From the NCBI GenBank assembly GCA_964579435.1, contig CAZOGI010000003.1, positions 47,321 through 111,320 on the forward strand: a stretch of 64,000 nt of DNA, given 5' to 3'. The notes below the pieces were generated by a model that saw only the letters and a list, made by a program, of their open reading frames with translations, searched no databases and was not told the origin of the DNA. Shown piece after piece: positions 7,715 through 17,025 of the stretch (position 1 is the stretch's first letter; each line of letters starts with the position of its first letter). The position numbers and the translations under genes were made by a program. This DNA is from an uncultured Planctomycetales bacterium. Its GTDB lineage: Bacteria > Omnitrophota > Gorgyraeia > Gygaellales > Profunditerraquicolaceae.

Positions 7715-9775
7715 ATGTCGAAAAAAATTTTGAGTGTTTTTCTGGCATTCATGGTTTGTGCGTCGGCTTTGCCTGCCCAGGAGGAGGCGCCGTATCCTCC
7801 CGCGCCCGAGGAACAGTATCCTTCCGAAGGGGCGATCCAGAATCCATACGAGGAACCGCCGCAGGATCTGCCTGCGCTCGTGCCGGTGCCGGCCGATCCG
7901 TATGCGGTTGCGCCGCCGTTGTCCCGGGGCGGCTCGGGGGCGGTATCGGTATCGCCCTCGGCGACCCCGGTGTCCGCCGTTACGGCGCAGAACAAGATCT
8001 CCCTGGAGATCAAAGGGATGGATGTGGTCGATGTCCTCAAGACCCTGGCTTCGCGAGCGCGCCTGAATATTGTCGTCGGCAAGAACGTGACCGGCAGGGT
8101 GACGCTTTTTTTGAAGGACGTCGAGGTCTGGGACGCCTTTGAGATCGTCCTGCTGGCCAACGATCTTGCGTACGAGCGAAAAGGGGAGATCATTAACGTT
8201 ATGACGCAGCGTGATTACGAGCTTCTCTACGGCGAGCGGTACAAGGACCGCAAGGAGGTGGAGATCGTCCAGCTGCGCCACGCCAAAGCCGCCGACCTCT
8301 CGCGGGCACTCAACCAGATGAAGACGAACGTCGGGCGCGTGGTGGTGGATGAATCCTCCAACACCATCGCGCTCATCGACATGCCGCAGAAGCTCCAGGA
8401 GATGCAGACCTTCATCGCCAGCACCGACCTGCCGATCGCCACGCGCGTCTTTTCGCTCAATTACGCTCAGGCGGAGAAACTCAGCACCAAGCTGCAGGAG
8501 GTCGTGACCAAGGGGGTCGGTTCGGTGCGCATCGACGAACGGACGAATAAGGTCGCCGTCACCGACTATCCTTCCAAGCTGGCGGAGATCGAGAAGATCA
8601 TCTCGGCATTCGACGAAAAGACCCCCCAGATCCTGATCGACGCCCAGATCGTCGAGATCAACCCGAAGGACGAATTCGCCGGCGGGGTCGACTGGGACTA
8701 CTGGCTGCGAAAAAATTTGCGTCTGGTCGGCACCCTCGCCGCGCCCGGCCTGGCCAGCGCCGCGACCATCCCGACGAAGCTCTCTTTCGGCGTCGCGGCC
8801 CGCGACGCGGCCGCATCGGTCGACGATCAGGGACAGTACAAGGCGATCATCGACATGGTGCGGGTGATCGGGGATACCAAGATCCTCTCCAGTCCCCGGA
8901 TCATGGCGCTCAACAACCAGGAGGCCAAGATCCTCGTCGGCACCAAGGACGCCTATATCACCTCGACAACCTCCCAATCGGGGACGGGCAGCACCGTGAC
9001 TTCGCAGTCGGTCAACTTCGTCGACGTCGGGATCAAGCTGTACGTGACGCCGACCGCCAACCACGAAGGGTTTATCTCGATGAAGATACGCCCGGAGATC
9101 AGCTCCGCGATACGCACCGACCTGACGTCCCAGGGCAGCGTCACCCAGGTGCCGATCGTGACGACCTCCGAGATCGAGACGACGATCATGATCAAGGACG
9201 GGGCGACGATAATCATCGCCGGGTTGAAAAAAGACAAGATCGAGGAGGAGACCAAGAAATTCCCCCTCCTCGGCGATATCCCGATCGTCGGGATGGTCTT
9301 CCGCAACGTCAAACGCGAGAAATCCAAAAGCGAGCTGATCATCTTTATAACCCCGCACATCGTCTCAGGGGAAGGGGAAGAGCCGCGGGAATATTCGAGC
9401 CTCACCAACGATCCGATCATAACCGGGATCCAGCGCGCGTCACGCGAGCAAAAGAGCTCCCTGCAAACGAGCCGCCGGGTCTGGGATGCGCGCACGATGA
9501 CGGTGTCGGATTACCAGCAGTTCATCTCCGAGCGCATCCAGCGCGCCTGCCGCGCCGCCCGCGCCGCCGCAGCGGGGAGCGGCTCGCTTGCCGTCGCCTT
9601 TACGCTGGACGCCTACGGGTACCTGAAGGACGAGCCGGTCGTCGTTTCCTCGAGCGACGAGAACCTGAACCTCTTTACCGTCGCCTGCATCAAGAAAGCG
9701 GCGCCGTTCCCGCCGTTTCCCGCTTCCCTGGGAAAGGACGAGGAGGCGTTCAGGATAAACGTTTCCTACGAATGA
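7715..9775 (+). CDS. gspD: Type II secretion system secretin GspD
   Basis: Signal peptide, N0/N1-like domains, secretin core KFPLLGDIPIVGMVFRNVKREKSKSELIIFITPHIV; RBS GGAGGA. Confidence 0.9.
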   Translation: MSKKILSVFLAFMVCASALPAQEEAPYPPAPEEQYPSEGAIQNPYEEPPQDLPALVPVPADPYAVAPPLSRGGSGAVSVSPSATPVSAVTAQNKISLEIKGMDVVDVLKTLASRARLNIVVGKNVTGRVTLFLKDVEVWDAFEIVLLANDLAYERKGEIINVMTQRDYELLYGERYKDRKEVEIVQLRHAKAADLSRALNQMKTNVGRVVVDESSNTIALIDMPQKLQEMQTFIASTDLPIATRVFSLNYAQAEKLSTKLQEVVTKGVGSVRIDERTNKVAVTDYPSKLAEIEKIISAFDEKTPQILIDAQIVEINPKDEFAGGVDWDYWLRKNLRLVGTLAAPGLASAATIPTKLSFGVAARDAAASVDDQGQYKAIIDMVRVIGDTKILSSPRIMALNNQEAKILVGTKDAYITSTTSQSGTGSTVTSQSVNFVDVGIKLYVTPTANHEGFISMKIRPEISSAIRTDLTSQGSVTQVPIVTTSEIETTIMIKDGATIIIAGLKKDKIEEETKKFPLLGDIPIVGMVFRNVKREKSKSELIIFITPHIVSGEGEEPREYSSLTNDPIITGIQRASREQKSSLQTSRRVWDARTMTVSDYQQFISERIQRACRAARAAAAGSGSLAVAFTLDAYGYLKDEPVVVSSSDENLNLFTVACIKKAAPFPPFPASLGKDEEAFRINVSYE

Positions 9776-9796
9776 GAACCGGTACCAACGCCAGTA

Positions 9797-9825
9797 TTGA
9801 CAAGGAGTTGAAATCGGGTTATCCT
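9797..9825 (+). promoter_or_regulatory. Sigma70-like promoter TTGACA-17nt-TATCCT upstream of the receiver gene
   Basis: Consensus -35 and a reasonable -10 at 17-nt spacing. Confidence 0.4.
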
Positions 9826-9847
9826 AGTACACGGAAAGGCAAAACCG

Positions 9848-10219
9848 GTGGCTAAACTCTTGATCGTCGACGACGAAGCTGACGTGCGGGAATTTGCCGC
9901 GAATTTTTTCCGTAAGAGGAAGATAGAAGTTCAGACGGCCGCAAGCGGAGAAGAGGCGCTGGAGAAGATATCCAGCCTCAAACCCCACCTGGTGCTTCTG
10001 GATATCAAGATGCAGGGGATAGACGGGATACAGACCCTGCAACGGATCCGCGAATCCGACGCCGCGCTGAAGGTCGTGATGGTGACCGGCAGGAAGCCGG
10101 ATGAGGATGATTCGTTCGAGCGGTGCCGCCTGCTGGGAGCGGTCGATTACATCCACAAGCCTCTTGAACTTGAAGAACTGGAGCGTGTTGTCCTGCGCGA
10201 GCTGTATCCTGATCAGTAA
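9848..10219 (+). CDS. Standalone CheY-like response-regulator receiver domain protein
   Basis: LIVDDE, phospho-acceptor Asp in LVLLDIKM, conserved T/K positions; 123 aa with no output domain. Confidence 0.8.
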   Translation: MAKLLIVDDEADVREFAANFFRKRKIEVQTAASGEEALEKISSLKPHLVLLDIKMQGIDGIQTLQRIRESDAALKVVMVTGRKPDEDDSFERCRLLGAVDYIHKPLELEELERVVLRELYPDQ

Positions 10220-10252
10220 CGGCTCCTGTCCGGGAAGAGAGGATTGCCTGCG

Positions 10253-10298
10253 GAGATGCGCTGCCCGCAAACGCAAAGGCAGCCGCGTCTCTTTTTTT
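10253..10298 (+). terminator. Intrinsic terminator (GC hairpin GCTGCC...GGCAGC plus T7)
   Basis: Hairpin followed by TTTTTTT, just downstream of the receiver gene stop. Confidence 0.5.
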
Positions 10299-10327
10299 GT
10301 TGATGCTCGCCCCCAATTCGTCCGCGT

Positions 10328-11491
10328 ATGGCCTTAAACTACAAAAAAGAGCTTGAGTCGGCGGCAAAGAACATGATCATGGTGCACGACCCGGATCTGC
10401 TGATCCGCATGATCGTGCGCACCATCGTGCAGAAGGTCCGGGTAACGCATGCGGGCATCCTGCTCCAGGATCCGGCCAGCTCCAGCTATATCGTCCAGGT
10501 TTCGCGGGGAGCGCGGGGGGTCAAGATCCCGGCGGGCTTCGCGCGCATGGGAAGCGCGAATGCGCTCATCCGGTTCCTCTGCGAGCCGAAATACCGCCCC
10601 CTCCTGCCGCACGGCGCCGTACTGACCGATGAGCTGCTGGCCCTCCTGAAGCGCCGCCTTGGCCCCGAGATCAAGGAGCTCCTGCGCGGGGTGCTGCGCC
10701 AGATGGATATTTTCCAGATCGTTGCCTGTATCCCGGCGTATTACCGTGACGATCTGCTGGGGGTTCTGCTGCTCGGCCACAAACGCAACGGCCGCGTCTT
10801 TTACCGGGATGAACTCGATTTTTTCGTCGCTCTGACGTCGGACGTCACGATGGCGATCCGCAACGCCCATCTCTTCGGCGAGTTGCGCAAGGAATTGCAG
10901 CGGCGCCAGCAGCTGTTCACCAGTACGATCTTCGCTCTGGCGGCGGCGATCGACGCCAAAGACCACTATACGCACGGCCACACCGGCCGCGTGCGCGACC
11001 TGAGCCTGCGCATCGCCGCAAAGCTCACCGAAAAGCAGCCGGGACTCATGGGGCAGGGGTTCCGGGAGACTTTGGAGACTGCCAGCCTTCTGCATGATAT
11101 CGGCAAGATCGGCGTGCCCGAGGCGATCCTGAACAAGCAGGGGCCGCTTTCCGATGCCGAGCGCGCCCTGATGCAGGAGCATCCCCGGATCGGTACCCGG
11201 ATCCTCGAGCGCATCGACGAGCTGAGTGAATCGATGAAAGGGGTCCTCTGTCACCACGAATGGTATGACGGCTCAGGGTATCCTCAGGGTCTCAAAGAAG
11301 CGCAGATCCCGCTGGTCGCTGCGATCATTGCCGTTGCCGATTCCTTCGACGCGATGACGACCGACCGGCCGTACCGGCGCGGCTTTTCGACGGAAGAGGC
11401 ACTGCGGGAGATCCGGGCCAAGAGCGGGACGCAATTCAGCCCGGCGGTTGCTGCCGCATGTCTGTCCCTTTTCGAAAAGGAGCAGCGATGA
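10328..11491 (+). CDS. GAF-domain HD-GYP phosphodiesterase (putative c-di-GMP hydrolase)
   Basis: N-terminal GAF-like region; HD motif LHDIGKIGVPEAIL; HHEWYDGSGYPQGL is the HD-GYP signature. Confidence 0.8.
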   Translation: MALNYKKELESAAKNMIMVHDPDLLIRMIVRTIVQKVRVTHAGILLQDPASSSYIVQVSRGARGVKIPAGFARMGSANALIRFLCEPKYRPLLPHGAVLTDELLALLKRRLGPEIKELLRGVLRQMDIFQIVACIPAYYRDDLLGVLLLGHKRNGRVFYRDELDFFVALTSDVTMAIRNAHLFGELRKELQRRQQLFTSTIFALAAAIDAKDHYTHGHTGRVRDLSLRIAAKLTEKQPGLMGQGFRETLETASLLHDIGKIGVPEAILNKQGPLSDAERALMQEHPRIGTRILERIDELSESMKGVLCHHEWYDGSGYPQGLKEAQIPLVAAIIAVADSFDAMTTDRPYRRGFSTEEALREIRAKSGTQFSPAVAAACLSLFEKEQR

Positions 11492-12618
11492 CCCAACGGG
11501 CGCGGCGTATCATCCTGATGTATATTTCGGAAGTCTCCGGTCACCATAGCGCGACCCTGGCGATCGAGAGCGCTCTTCGTTCCCTGGAGCCGGGGGTGGA
11601 GATCCTCAACCTCAATGCGTTCAATTACACCAACCCGGTCAGCGAAAAGATAGTCAATAAGCTCTATATGGGCGTTATCAAGCGCACGCCCAAGGTGTGG
11701 GATTACCTCTACGACAACCAGGCCGTCGTGCGCCGGCTGGAACGCATCAAGAAGTTCGTCCACTCAATGAATTCCCCGAAGCTCAAGAAGCTCTTTGCAC
11801 AGTTCAACCCGGATGTCGTCGCCTGCAGCCAGGCATTTCCGTGCGGTATGGTCGCCGATTACAAACGCGCCTACGGCAGCTCCCTGCCGCTGGTGGCGGT
11901 CCTGACCGATTACGTGCCGCACTCCTACTGGCTCTACGACAACGTCGACTACTACGTCGCGCCGTGCGAGGAGGTAGCCGGGCGTCTGGCGGAGAAGGGG
12001 ATTCCCCCCGGGAAGATAAAGGCGTTCGGCATTCCCTTTGACTACCGGTTCAACGTGCCGATCGACGCCGTGGCCGTCAAGGGGTCTTTGGGTTTCGATG
12101 AGCATGTCCCGGTCGTGCTGGTCATGGGGGGCGGGCAGGGGTTGGGTCCGATAGAGACGATCGTCGATTCCCTTGACCGCGCCGCGGCGCGCCTTCAGGT
12201 TATCATCGTGACCGGGAGCAATAAGTTGCTCTACCGGAAGTTGAAACGCCGCGAGGGCCGCTTCGCGAAGAAAACCGTTCTCTACGGCTACGCCTCCAAT
12301 ATAAACGAACTGATGACCGTCTCCGAGCTCATCATCACTAAGCCCGGGGGTATCACGACCGCCGAGGCGCTCTGTAAAAGGCTGCCGATGGTGATCGTGC
12401 AGCCGATACCGGGGCAGGAGGTCAATAATACGGTGTACCTGACCGAGTGCGGCGCCGCCGTGCGGGTCGATGATCCCCGCCAGGTCGGCGCCGTCGTCGC
12501 GGACCTGGTCCACCGGCGCGAAAAATACCGGTCCATGCGCGCTGCCGCCGAGCGCATCGCCAAACCGACTGCCAGCGTCGATACCGCGCGTTTCCTCCTG
12601 CGCCTTGCGCATGCTTAG
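11488..12618 (+). CDS. MGDG-synthase/GT28-family glycosyltransferase (diacylglycerol glycosyltransferase-like)
   Basis: Start at ATG 11488, overlapping the upstream stop (ATGA); the N-terminal MGDG-synthase-type half and C-terminal GT-B half with VMGGGQGLG resemble UgtP/MGDG synthases. Confidence 0.65.
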   Translation: MTQRARRIILMYISEVSGHHSATLAIESALRSLEPGVEILNLNAFNYTNPVSEKIVNKLYMGVIKRTPKVWDYLYDNQAVVRRLERIKKFVHSMNSPKLKKLFAQFNPDVVACSQAFPCGMVADYKRAYGSSLPLVAVLTDYVPHSYWLYDNVDYYVAPCEEVAGRLAEKGIPPGKIKAFGIPFDYRFNVPIDAVAVKGSLGFDEHVPVVLVMGGGQGLGPIETIVDSLDRAAARLQVIIVTGSNKLLYRKLKRREGRFAKKTVLYGYASNINELMTVSELIITKPGGITTAEALCKRLPMVIVQPIPGQEVNNTVYLTECGAAVRVDDPRQVGAVVADLVHRREKYRSMRAAAERIAKPTASVDTARFLLRLAHA

Positions 12619-13495
12619 TTATTACCTCTACCGCCTCGGACAATGGGTCGCCTGCGCGCTGCCGTTGCGCTTCGCCTACGCGGTCTCTATCTGTATCGCG
12701 GATGTGCGCGCGCTCTTCGCCGCAGAGGACCGGCGGCTGGTCGACGAGAATCTGCGGGCGATCTTTCCCGAAAAGTCGCTGCGGCAGATCCGTCGCGTGC
12801 GCAGGCGGATGTTCCGCAACTTCGCCCGGTATCTCGTCGATTTTTTCCGTTTCGGCCTTATCGATAAGGCGTTTATCGAGCGTTCGGTCCGGATCGAAGG
12901 GCGGCGGCATTTCGATGAGGCGCTGCTGCGCAAAAAAGGCGTCGTGGCCCTCACCGCGCATCTGGGCAACTGGGAGCTGGGGGGGGTGGTCACGGCGCTG
13001 TCGGGCTACCCCCTTTGGGCGGTCGCCTTGGAGCATCGGCACCCAAAGGTCAGCGCTTTTTTTTGGAAACAGCGGGAGGAGAAAGGGGTGCGGGTCATGT
13101 CCCTGGGTAAGGCGGCGCGCCAGTGCCTGCGGGTCCTCAGGGACAATCAGATCCTGGCGCTTGTCGGCGACCGTGATTTTACCGGCCGCGGCGTGACCGT
13201 GCCTTTCTTCGGCCGGCCGGCTCTCTTTCCGCCGGGTCCGGCGGCGCTCTCCCTCTCGACCGGCGCCTCGATCGTGCCCGGTTTCATGCTGCGCAACAAA
13301 GACGGCACGTTCACGCTGCACCTTGAGCCGCCGATCAACTTCGAGGCGACGGGCGATCGGGAGAAAGACATCCCGGCCCTTACCGAAAAGTGCCGCGATG
13401 TCATAGAGCGCTACATCCGTTCCTATCCCGACCAGTGGTTCATGTTCAGGAGGTTCTGGCTCGATGAAACTCTGCGCCCTGATACCGGCGCTTAA
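12611..13495 (+). CDS. LpxL/HtrB-family lysophospholipid/lipid A acyltransferase
   Basis: In-frame ATG 12611; motifs HLGNWELGG and DRDFTG are typical of lauroyl/myristoyl acyltransferases; translationally coupled to neighbours. Confidence 0.6.
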   Translation: MLSYYLYRLGQWVACALPLRFAYAVSICIADVRALFAAEDRRLVDENLRAIFPEKSLRQIRRVRRRMFRNFARYLVDFFRFGLIDKAFIERSVRIEGRRHFDEALLRKKGVVALTAHLGNWELGGVVTALSGYPLWAVALEHRHPKVSAFFWKQREEKGVRVMSLGKAARQCLRVLRDNQILALVGDRDFTGRGVTVPFFGRPALFPPGPAALSLSTGASIVPGFMLRNKDGTFTLHLEPPINFEATGDREKDIPALTEKCRDVIERYIRSYPDQWFMFRRFWLDETLRPDTGA

Positions 13496-14135
13496 CGAAG
13501 AAAAGGCCATCGGGGAAATCGTGCGCCAGATCAAGGCGCAGGGGATCGCGCCTTTTGTCGTCGACGACGGTTCGGGCGACGCGACCGCTTCCGTTGCCGA
13601 GCGCTCCGGCGCCGTCGTCTTGCGCAACAGCCGCAATATCGGCAAGGGGGGGTCCCTGGTCAAAGGGTTCGCCTTTCTCCTGAAACAGCCCTGGGACGCC
13701 GTCTTTATCCTCGACGGAGACGGTCAGCATGATCCCGCGGACATCCCCCGGTTCCTGGAGCGGCTGGGCTCCTCTTCGGTCGATATGATCGTGGGCAACC
13801 GCATGCACGACCCGCGGCACATGCCCCTTGCGCGCTACCTGACCAACGCCTTTCTCTCCTGGTTGATCTCGCTCTTCATTCAGACGCCTATTCCCGATTC
13901 CCAGTGCGGGTTCCGCCTGCTCAAGCGGGGGTTGGTTGAGCATCTGTCCCTGCGGACCCGCAATTACGAGGTCGAAACGGAGATGTTGGTGAAGGCAGCG
14001 CGCCTGGGATACACCATCGAATCGGTCCTGATCAAGACGGTGTATCGGGACGAGAAGAGTCAGGTCAATCCGGTCGCCGATACCCTGCGTTTTATCGCCT
14101 TCTTCGTGCGTGAAGTATGGATCTCGGAATCCTGA
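13464..14135 (+). CDS. Family 2 glycosyltransferase (dolichyl-phosphate mannose synthase-like)
   Basis: ALIPALNEE...VVDDGSGD...DGDGQHD are GT2 motifs. Confidence 0.7.
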   Translation: MKLCALIPALNEEKAIGEIVRQIKAQGIAPFVVDDGSGDATASVAERSGAVVLRNSRNIGKGGSLVKGFAFLLKQPWDAVFILDGDGQHDPADIPRFLERLGSSSVDMIVGNRMHDPRHMPLARYLTNAFLSWLISLFIQTPIPDSQCGFRLLKRGLVEHLSLRTRNYEVETEMLVKAARLGYTIESVLIKTVYRDEKSQVNPVADTLRFIAFFVREVWISES

Positions 14136-14776
14136 GGGAACGGATGGTTGCCGAACAGCTCATTCCGCGCGGGATACAGGATGAGCGGGTGCTGGAGGCG
14201 ATGCGGCGCATCCCGCGGCATCTTTTTGTCCCGGAGTTTTCCCGCGCCCGCGCGTATGCGGATGCGCCCGTCTCCATCGGAGAAGGCCAGACGATCTCTC
14301 AGCCGTACATGGCCGCCGTCATGACCGAAGCCCTGCGCCTCGAAGGGAACGAGAAGGTGTTGGAGATCGGCACCGGGTCAGGGTACCAGACGGCACTGCT
14401 GTGCGAGTTGTGCGCCTCGGTGTATACGCTGGAGCGCCTGGGTCCGCTTGCGGCGCGTGCCGAGGAAATTCTTGGTTCCCTCGGCTACCGTTCTGTTTCG
14501 TTCCGGGTCGCCGACGGGTCGCTGGGATGGGAAGAGGCCGCGCCTTTCGATCGGGTCATCGTTACCGCTGCCGCGTCCCGCGTGCCGTTGCCTCTGGGCG
14601 CGCAGCTGGCAGAAGGCGGGATCCTGGTCGCGCCGGTGGGGGATACGTTCAGCCAGGTGCTGAAGGTTTTTCGTAAGAGGCAAGGGCGTTTGAGCCTCGA
14701 GAGAGACGTGTGCGCCTGCGTATTTGTGCCGCTCCTGGGGCGGTTCGGCTGGGAGGAGAACAGTGGCGGTTTTTGA
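14117..14776 (+). CDS. pcm: Protein-L-isoaspartate O-methyltransferase
   Basis: PRHLFVPE, VLEIGTGSGYQTA (SAM-binding), 219 aa. Confidence 0.85.
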   Translation: MDLGILRERMVAEQLIPRGIQDERVLEAMRRIPRHLFVPEFSRARAYADAPVSIGEGQTISQPYMAAVMTEALRLEGNEKVLEIGTGSGYQTALLCELCASVYTLERLGPLAARAEEILGSLGYRSVSFRVADGSLGWEEAAPFDRVIVTAAASRVPLPLGAQLAEGGILVAPVGDTFSQVLKVFRKRQGRLSLERDVCACVFVPLLGRFGWEENSGGF

Positions 14777-15470
14777 CCGGGCACTCATCGTGCCGATAGC
14801 GGTTTCCGCGTTCGTGCATGGCCTGATGCTATGGCGTTCTCCGGGAATGGTCCTCTTCCCGAAGCAGCGCCTGAGCCGCACCAACGAGATACAGTATGTT
14901 GCGGTTTCTCCCGCAACCGCCAAGGCCTTGCCGAAACCGATACGCCTGCGCGATGACCCTTCTCGGAAGCTTCCTCCCAAGGTGACGATGCAGCCCGTCG
15001 CTCCTCCTCCTTTCGAGGGGGATCCTGCGGTCGCCTCAAGCGGCGAGCGGGCAGGGCGCCTGCGGCGCGTGCTGCCTTTCAGCGAGGCGGAATTCTCGAA
15101 ACCCGCTTTTTCGCGCACCGACATCATCTCGGTCAAGAAGAAGATCACCCTCCCGCCGGTCGATATCGAGAAGATCAAGAATCCCGAGTACATCCAGTAT
15201 TACCAGCTGGTGCGCGAAAAGATCCGGCGCGCCGCCTATCATAATTATTCCCTGACCGACCAGGGTTCGATCTTCATGTCGTTTGTCATCTCCCACAACG
15301 GCTCCATCCAGGACGTGCGTTTTATCCCCGAGCGTTCCACCGGAAACGAATACCTCAAAGGCGTGGCGCTCAAGAGTATCTACGACGCGGCTCCTTTTCC
15401 CGATTTTCCGCGCCGTCTCGATTACCAGCAGCTTTCCTTCAACGTCGTTATCTCTTTCGAAACAGAGTAG
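14764..15470 (+). CDS. TonB-like energy transducer (C-terminal TonB domain)
   Basis: N-terminal TM, Pro-rich spacer (PPKVTMQPVAPPPFEG), C-terminal TonB fold; start uncertain (GTG 14764 or ATG 14724). Confidence 0.55.
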
Positions 15471-15493
15471 TTAAGAAAAAGAAAGCCCTTTCC

Positions 15494-15522
15494 TTGACAC
15501 TGCCGGGGGCATGTGTTATACT
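15494..15522 (+). promoter_or_regulatory. Near-consensus sigma70 promoter TTGACA-17nt-TATACT upstream of cvpA
   Basis: Seen directly in sequence. Confidence 0.45.
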
Positions 15523-15558
15523 TTCGTCAAATTATAATAAAGCGGGGGGAGGTGGAGG

Positions 15559-16137
15559 GTGATCGCAGACATTTTCAGGCAGTTTAACTGGGTGGATCTT
15601 TTCCTGATCGGGGTGTGTGCGCGCGTCTGTTATATCTCCCTGAAAAGGGGATTCGTGGTTGAAGTCTTCAAGGTGTTCGGGACGCTTGCTGCCCTGTATG
15701 TCGGGCTGCACTATTATACCGGGGTATCGGATTTCCTGAAGTCGAAGCTGATGCTTAAAGTCCTGCCCCTTGAATTCAGGGATTTTCTCTGTTTTATCCT
15801 GCTTGCGGGCGCTGCCTATGCGGTATTCCTTATCCTGCGCGAATCCTTCGGCAAGCTGATTCGTACCGAGGCGGTGCAGGAATTGAACCGCTGGGGAGGC
15901 TTGGCCGCGGGCATCATCCGGGCAATCCTGCTCTGCGGTCTGCTGGCGTATTCGTTCGCGATCGCTTCGGTTTCCTATCTGCGCACCAGCCTGGCGCATT
16001 CCTACTTCGGGAAACGCATGTTTGCCGTTGCCCCTGCGGTGTACCGGGGTATGTGGAACGGTATCTTCTCCAGATTCGTGGCCGGCGAAGGATTCAACGC
16101 GACCGTCACCGAGGTACAGGAGACGTTCCTTCCGTGA
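15559..16137 (+). CDS. cvpA: CvpA-family (colicin V production) membrane protein
   Basis: Four-TM topology, N-terminal IADIFRQFNWVDLFLIGV typical of CvpA; GTG start after GGAGG. Confidence 0.7.
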   Translation: MIADIFRQFNWVDLFLIGVCARVCYISLKRGFVVEVFKVFGTLAALYVGLHYYTGVSDFLKSKLMLKVLPLEFRDFLCFILLAGAAYAVFLILRESFGKLIRTEAVQELNRWGGLAAGIIRAILLCGLLAYSFAIASVSYLRTSLAHSYFGKRMFAVAPAVYRGMWNGIFSRFVAGEGFNATVTEVQETFLP

Positions 16138-17006
16138 CCCTGCGTGAGTTTTTCCGCGCTGCCTGCGACGCGGGGAGGGAACACGATCCCCGGGGAAGGC
16201 GCTCGCCGAGGCAGTTCGAGGATTCAGCCGTCATTCAGGGGCCGGAGTCGACGCGCCTGAATCGTGTCGCCGCAGGGATCGATATCGACGTCGCCGAGTT
16301 GCTCCTCATTGATCGGCTGCGTCAGAGGGAATCCGTCGATGCGGTTGTGGCGCATCATCCTCAGGGGAAGGCGTGGGCGCAGTTTTACCGGGTGATGAGC
16401 CTGCAGGAGGATCTGCTGGTGCGCGAACGCATCTCCCGGGCGAGTGCGCGCGGGTTCGTGCGCGCGCGCATGCAGGAGGTCGGCCGCAAGGTCAGCGCGG
16501 GAAACCATATGCGCACCGCCGACGCCGCAGCCCTGTTGAAAATCCCCTTGGTCTGTCTGCATACTCCCGCTGACAATCACGTTTCCGCGTATCTGCAGGC
16601 GTTACTGCGCCGCAGGAGGCCGCAGACGCCGCAGGATATCGTGAATATTCTTCTGGAATTGCCGGAGTACCGTTTCGCCGCCGAAAACGGCACCCCGCCG
16701 CAGATCGTCTGCGGCAGTCCCCGCCGGCGGGCGGGAAAGATCATGATGGAGATGACCGGAGGCACCGAGGGGTCCAAAGAGACCCTCAAGGGCCTGGCAG
16801 CGGGGGGCGTGCGCACGCTCGTTTCCATGCATTTGAGCGAGGAGTATTTCCGCGCGGCGCGCGATGCCGACCTGAATGTCGTCGTTGCCGGGCACATCTC
16901 ATCCGATACCCTCGGGCTGAACCTTTTGTTCGACGAGATAGAACGGCGCTGCCGGGAGCGGCTCGATGTCGTCTGCTGCTCGGGTTTCCGGCGGGTGCGC
17001 CGCTGA
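16134..17006 (+). CDS. Nif3-family dinuclear metal centre protein (YqfO/YbgI-like)
   Basis: Motifs DAVVAHHP, CLHTPADNH and VVAGHISSDTLG correspond to the NIF3 metal-binding blocks; GTG start overlapping the cvpA stop. Confidence 0.6.
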   Translation: MTLREFFRAACDAGREHDPRGRRSPRQFEDSAVIQGPESTRLNRVAAGIDIDVAELLLIDRLRQRESVDAVVAHHPQGKAWAQFYRVMSLQEDLLVRERISRASARGFVRARMQEVGRKVSAGNHMRTADAAALLKIPLVCLHTPADNHVSAYLQALLRRRRPQTPQDIVNILLELPEYRFAAENGTPPQIVCGSPRRRAGKIMMEMTGGTEGSKETLKGLAAGGVRTLVSMHLSEEYFRAARDADLNVVVAGHISSDTLGLNLLFDEIERRCRERLDVVCCSGFRRVRR

Positions 17007-17025
17007 AAATCATAAAGGCTTGTCC

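Noticed and set aside
7646-9358. 570-aa minus-strand ORF (and nested 7696..8193, 8953..9495) opposite the gspD secretin
   Set aside because: They lie entirely antisense to a high-confidence secretin CDS with clear motifs. The Arg/Gly/Asp-rich translations are typical of GC-driven shadow ORFs, and no RBS or homology pattern is seen.
10334-13663. Long minus-strand ORFs 10334..11257, 11764..12612 and 12422..13663
   Set aside because: They are antisense to the HD-GYP, GT28 and LpxL-like genes, which carry diagnostic motifs. The compositionally biased translations have no recognisable domains.
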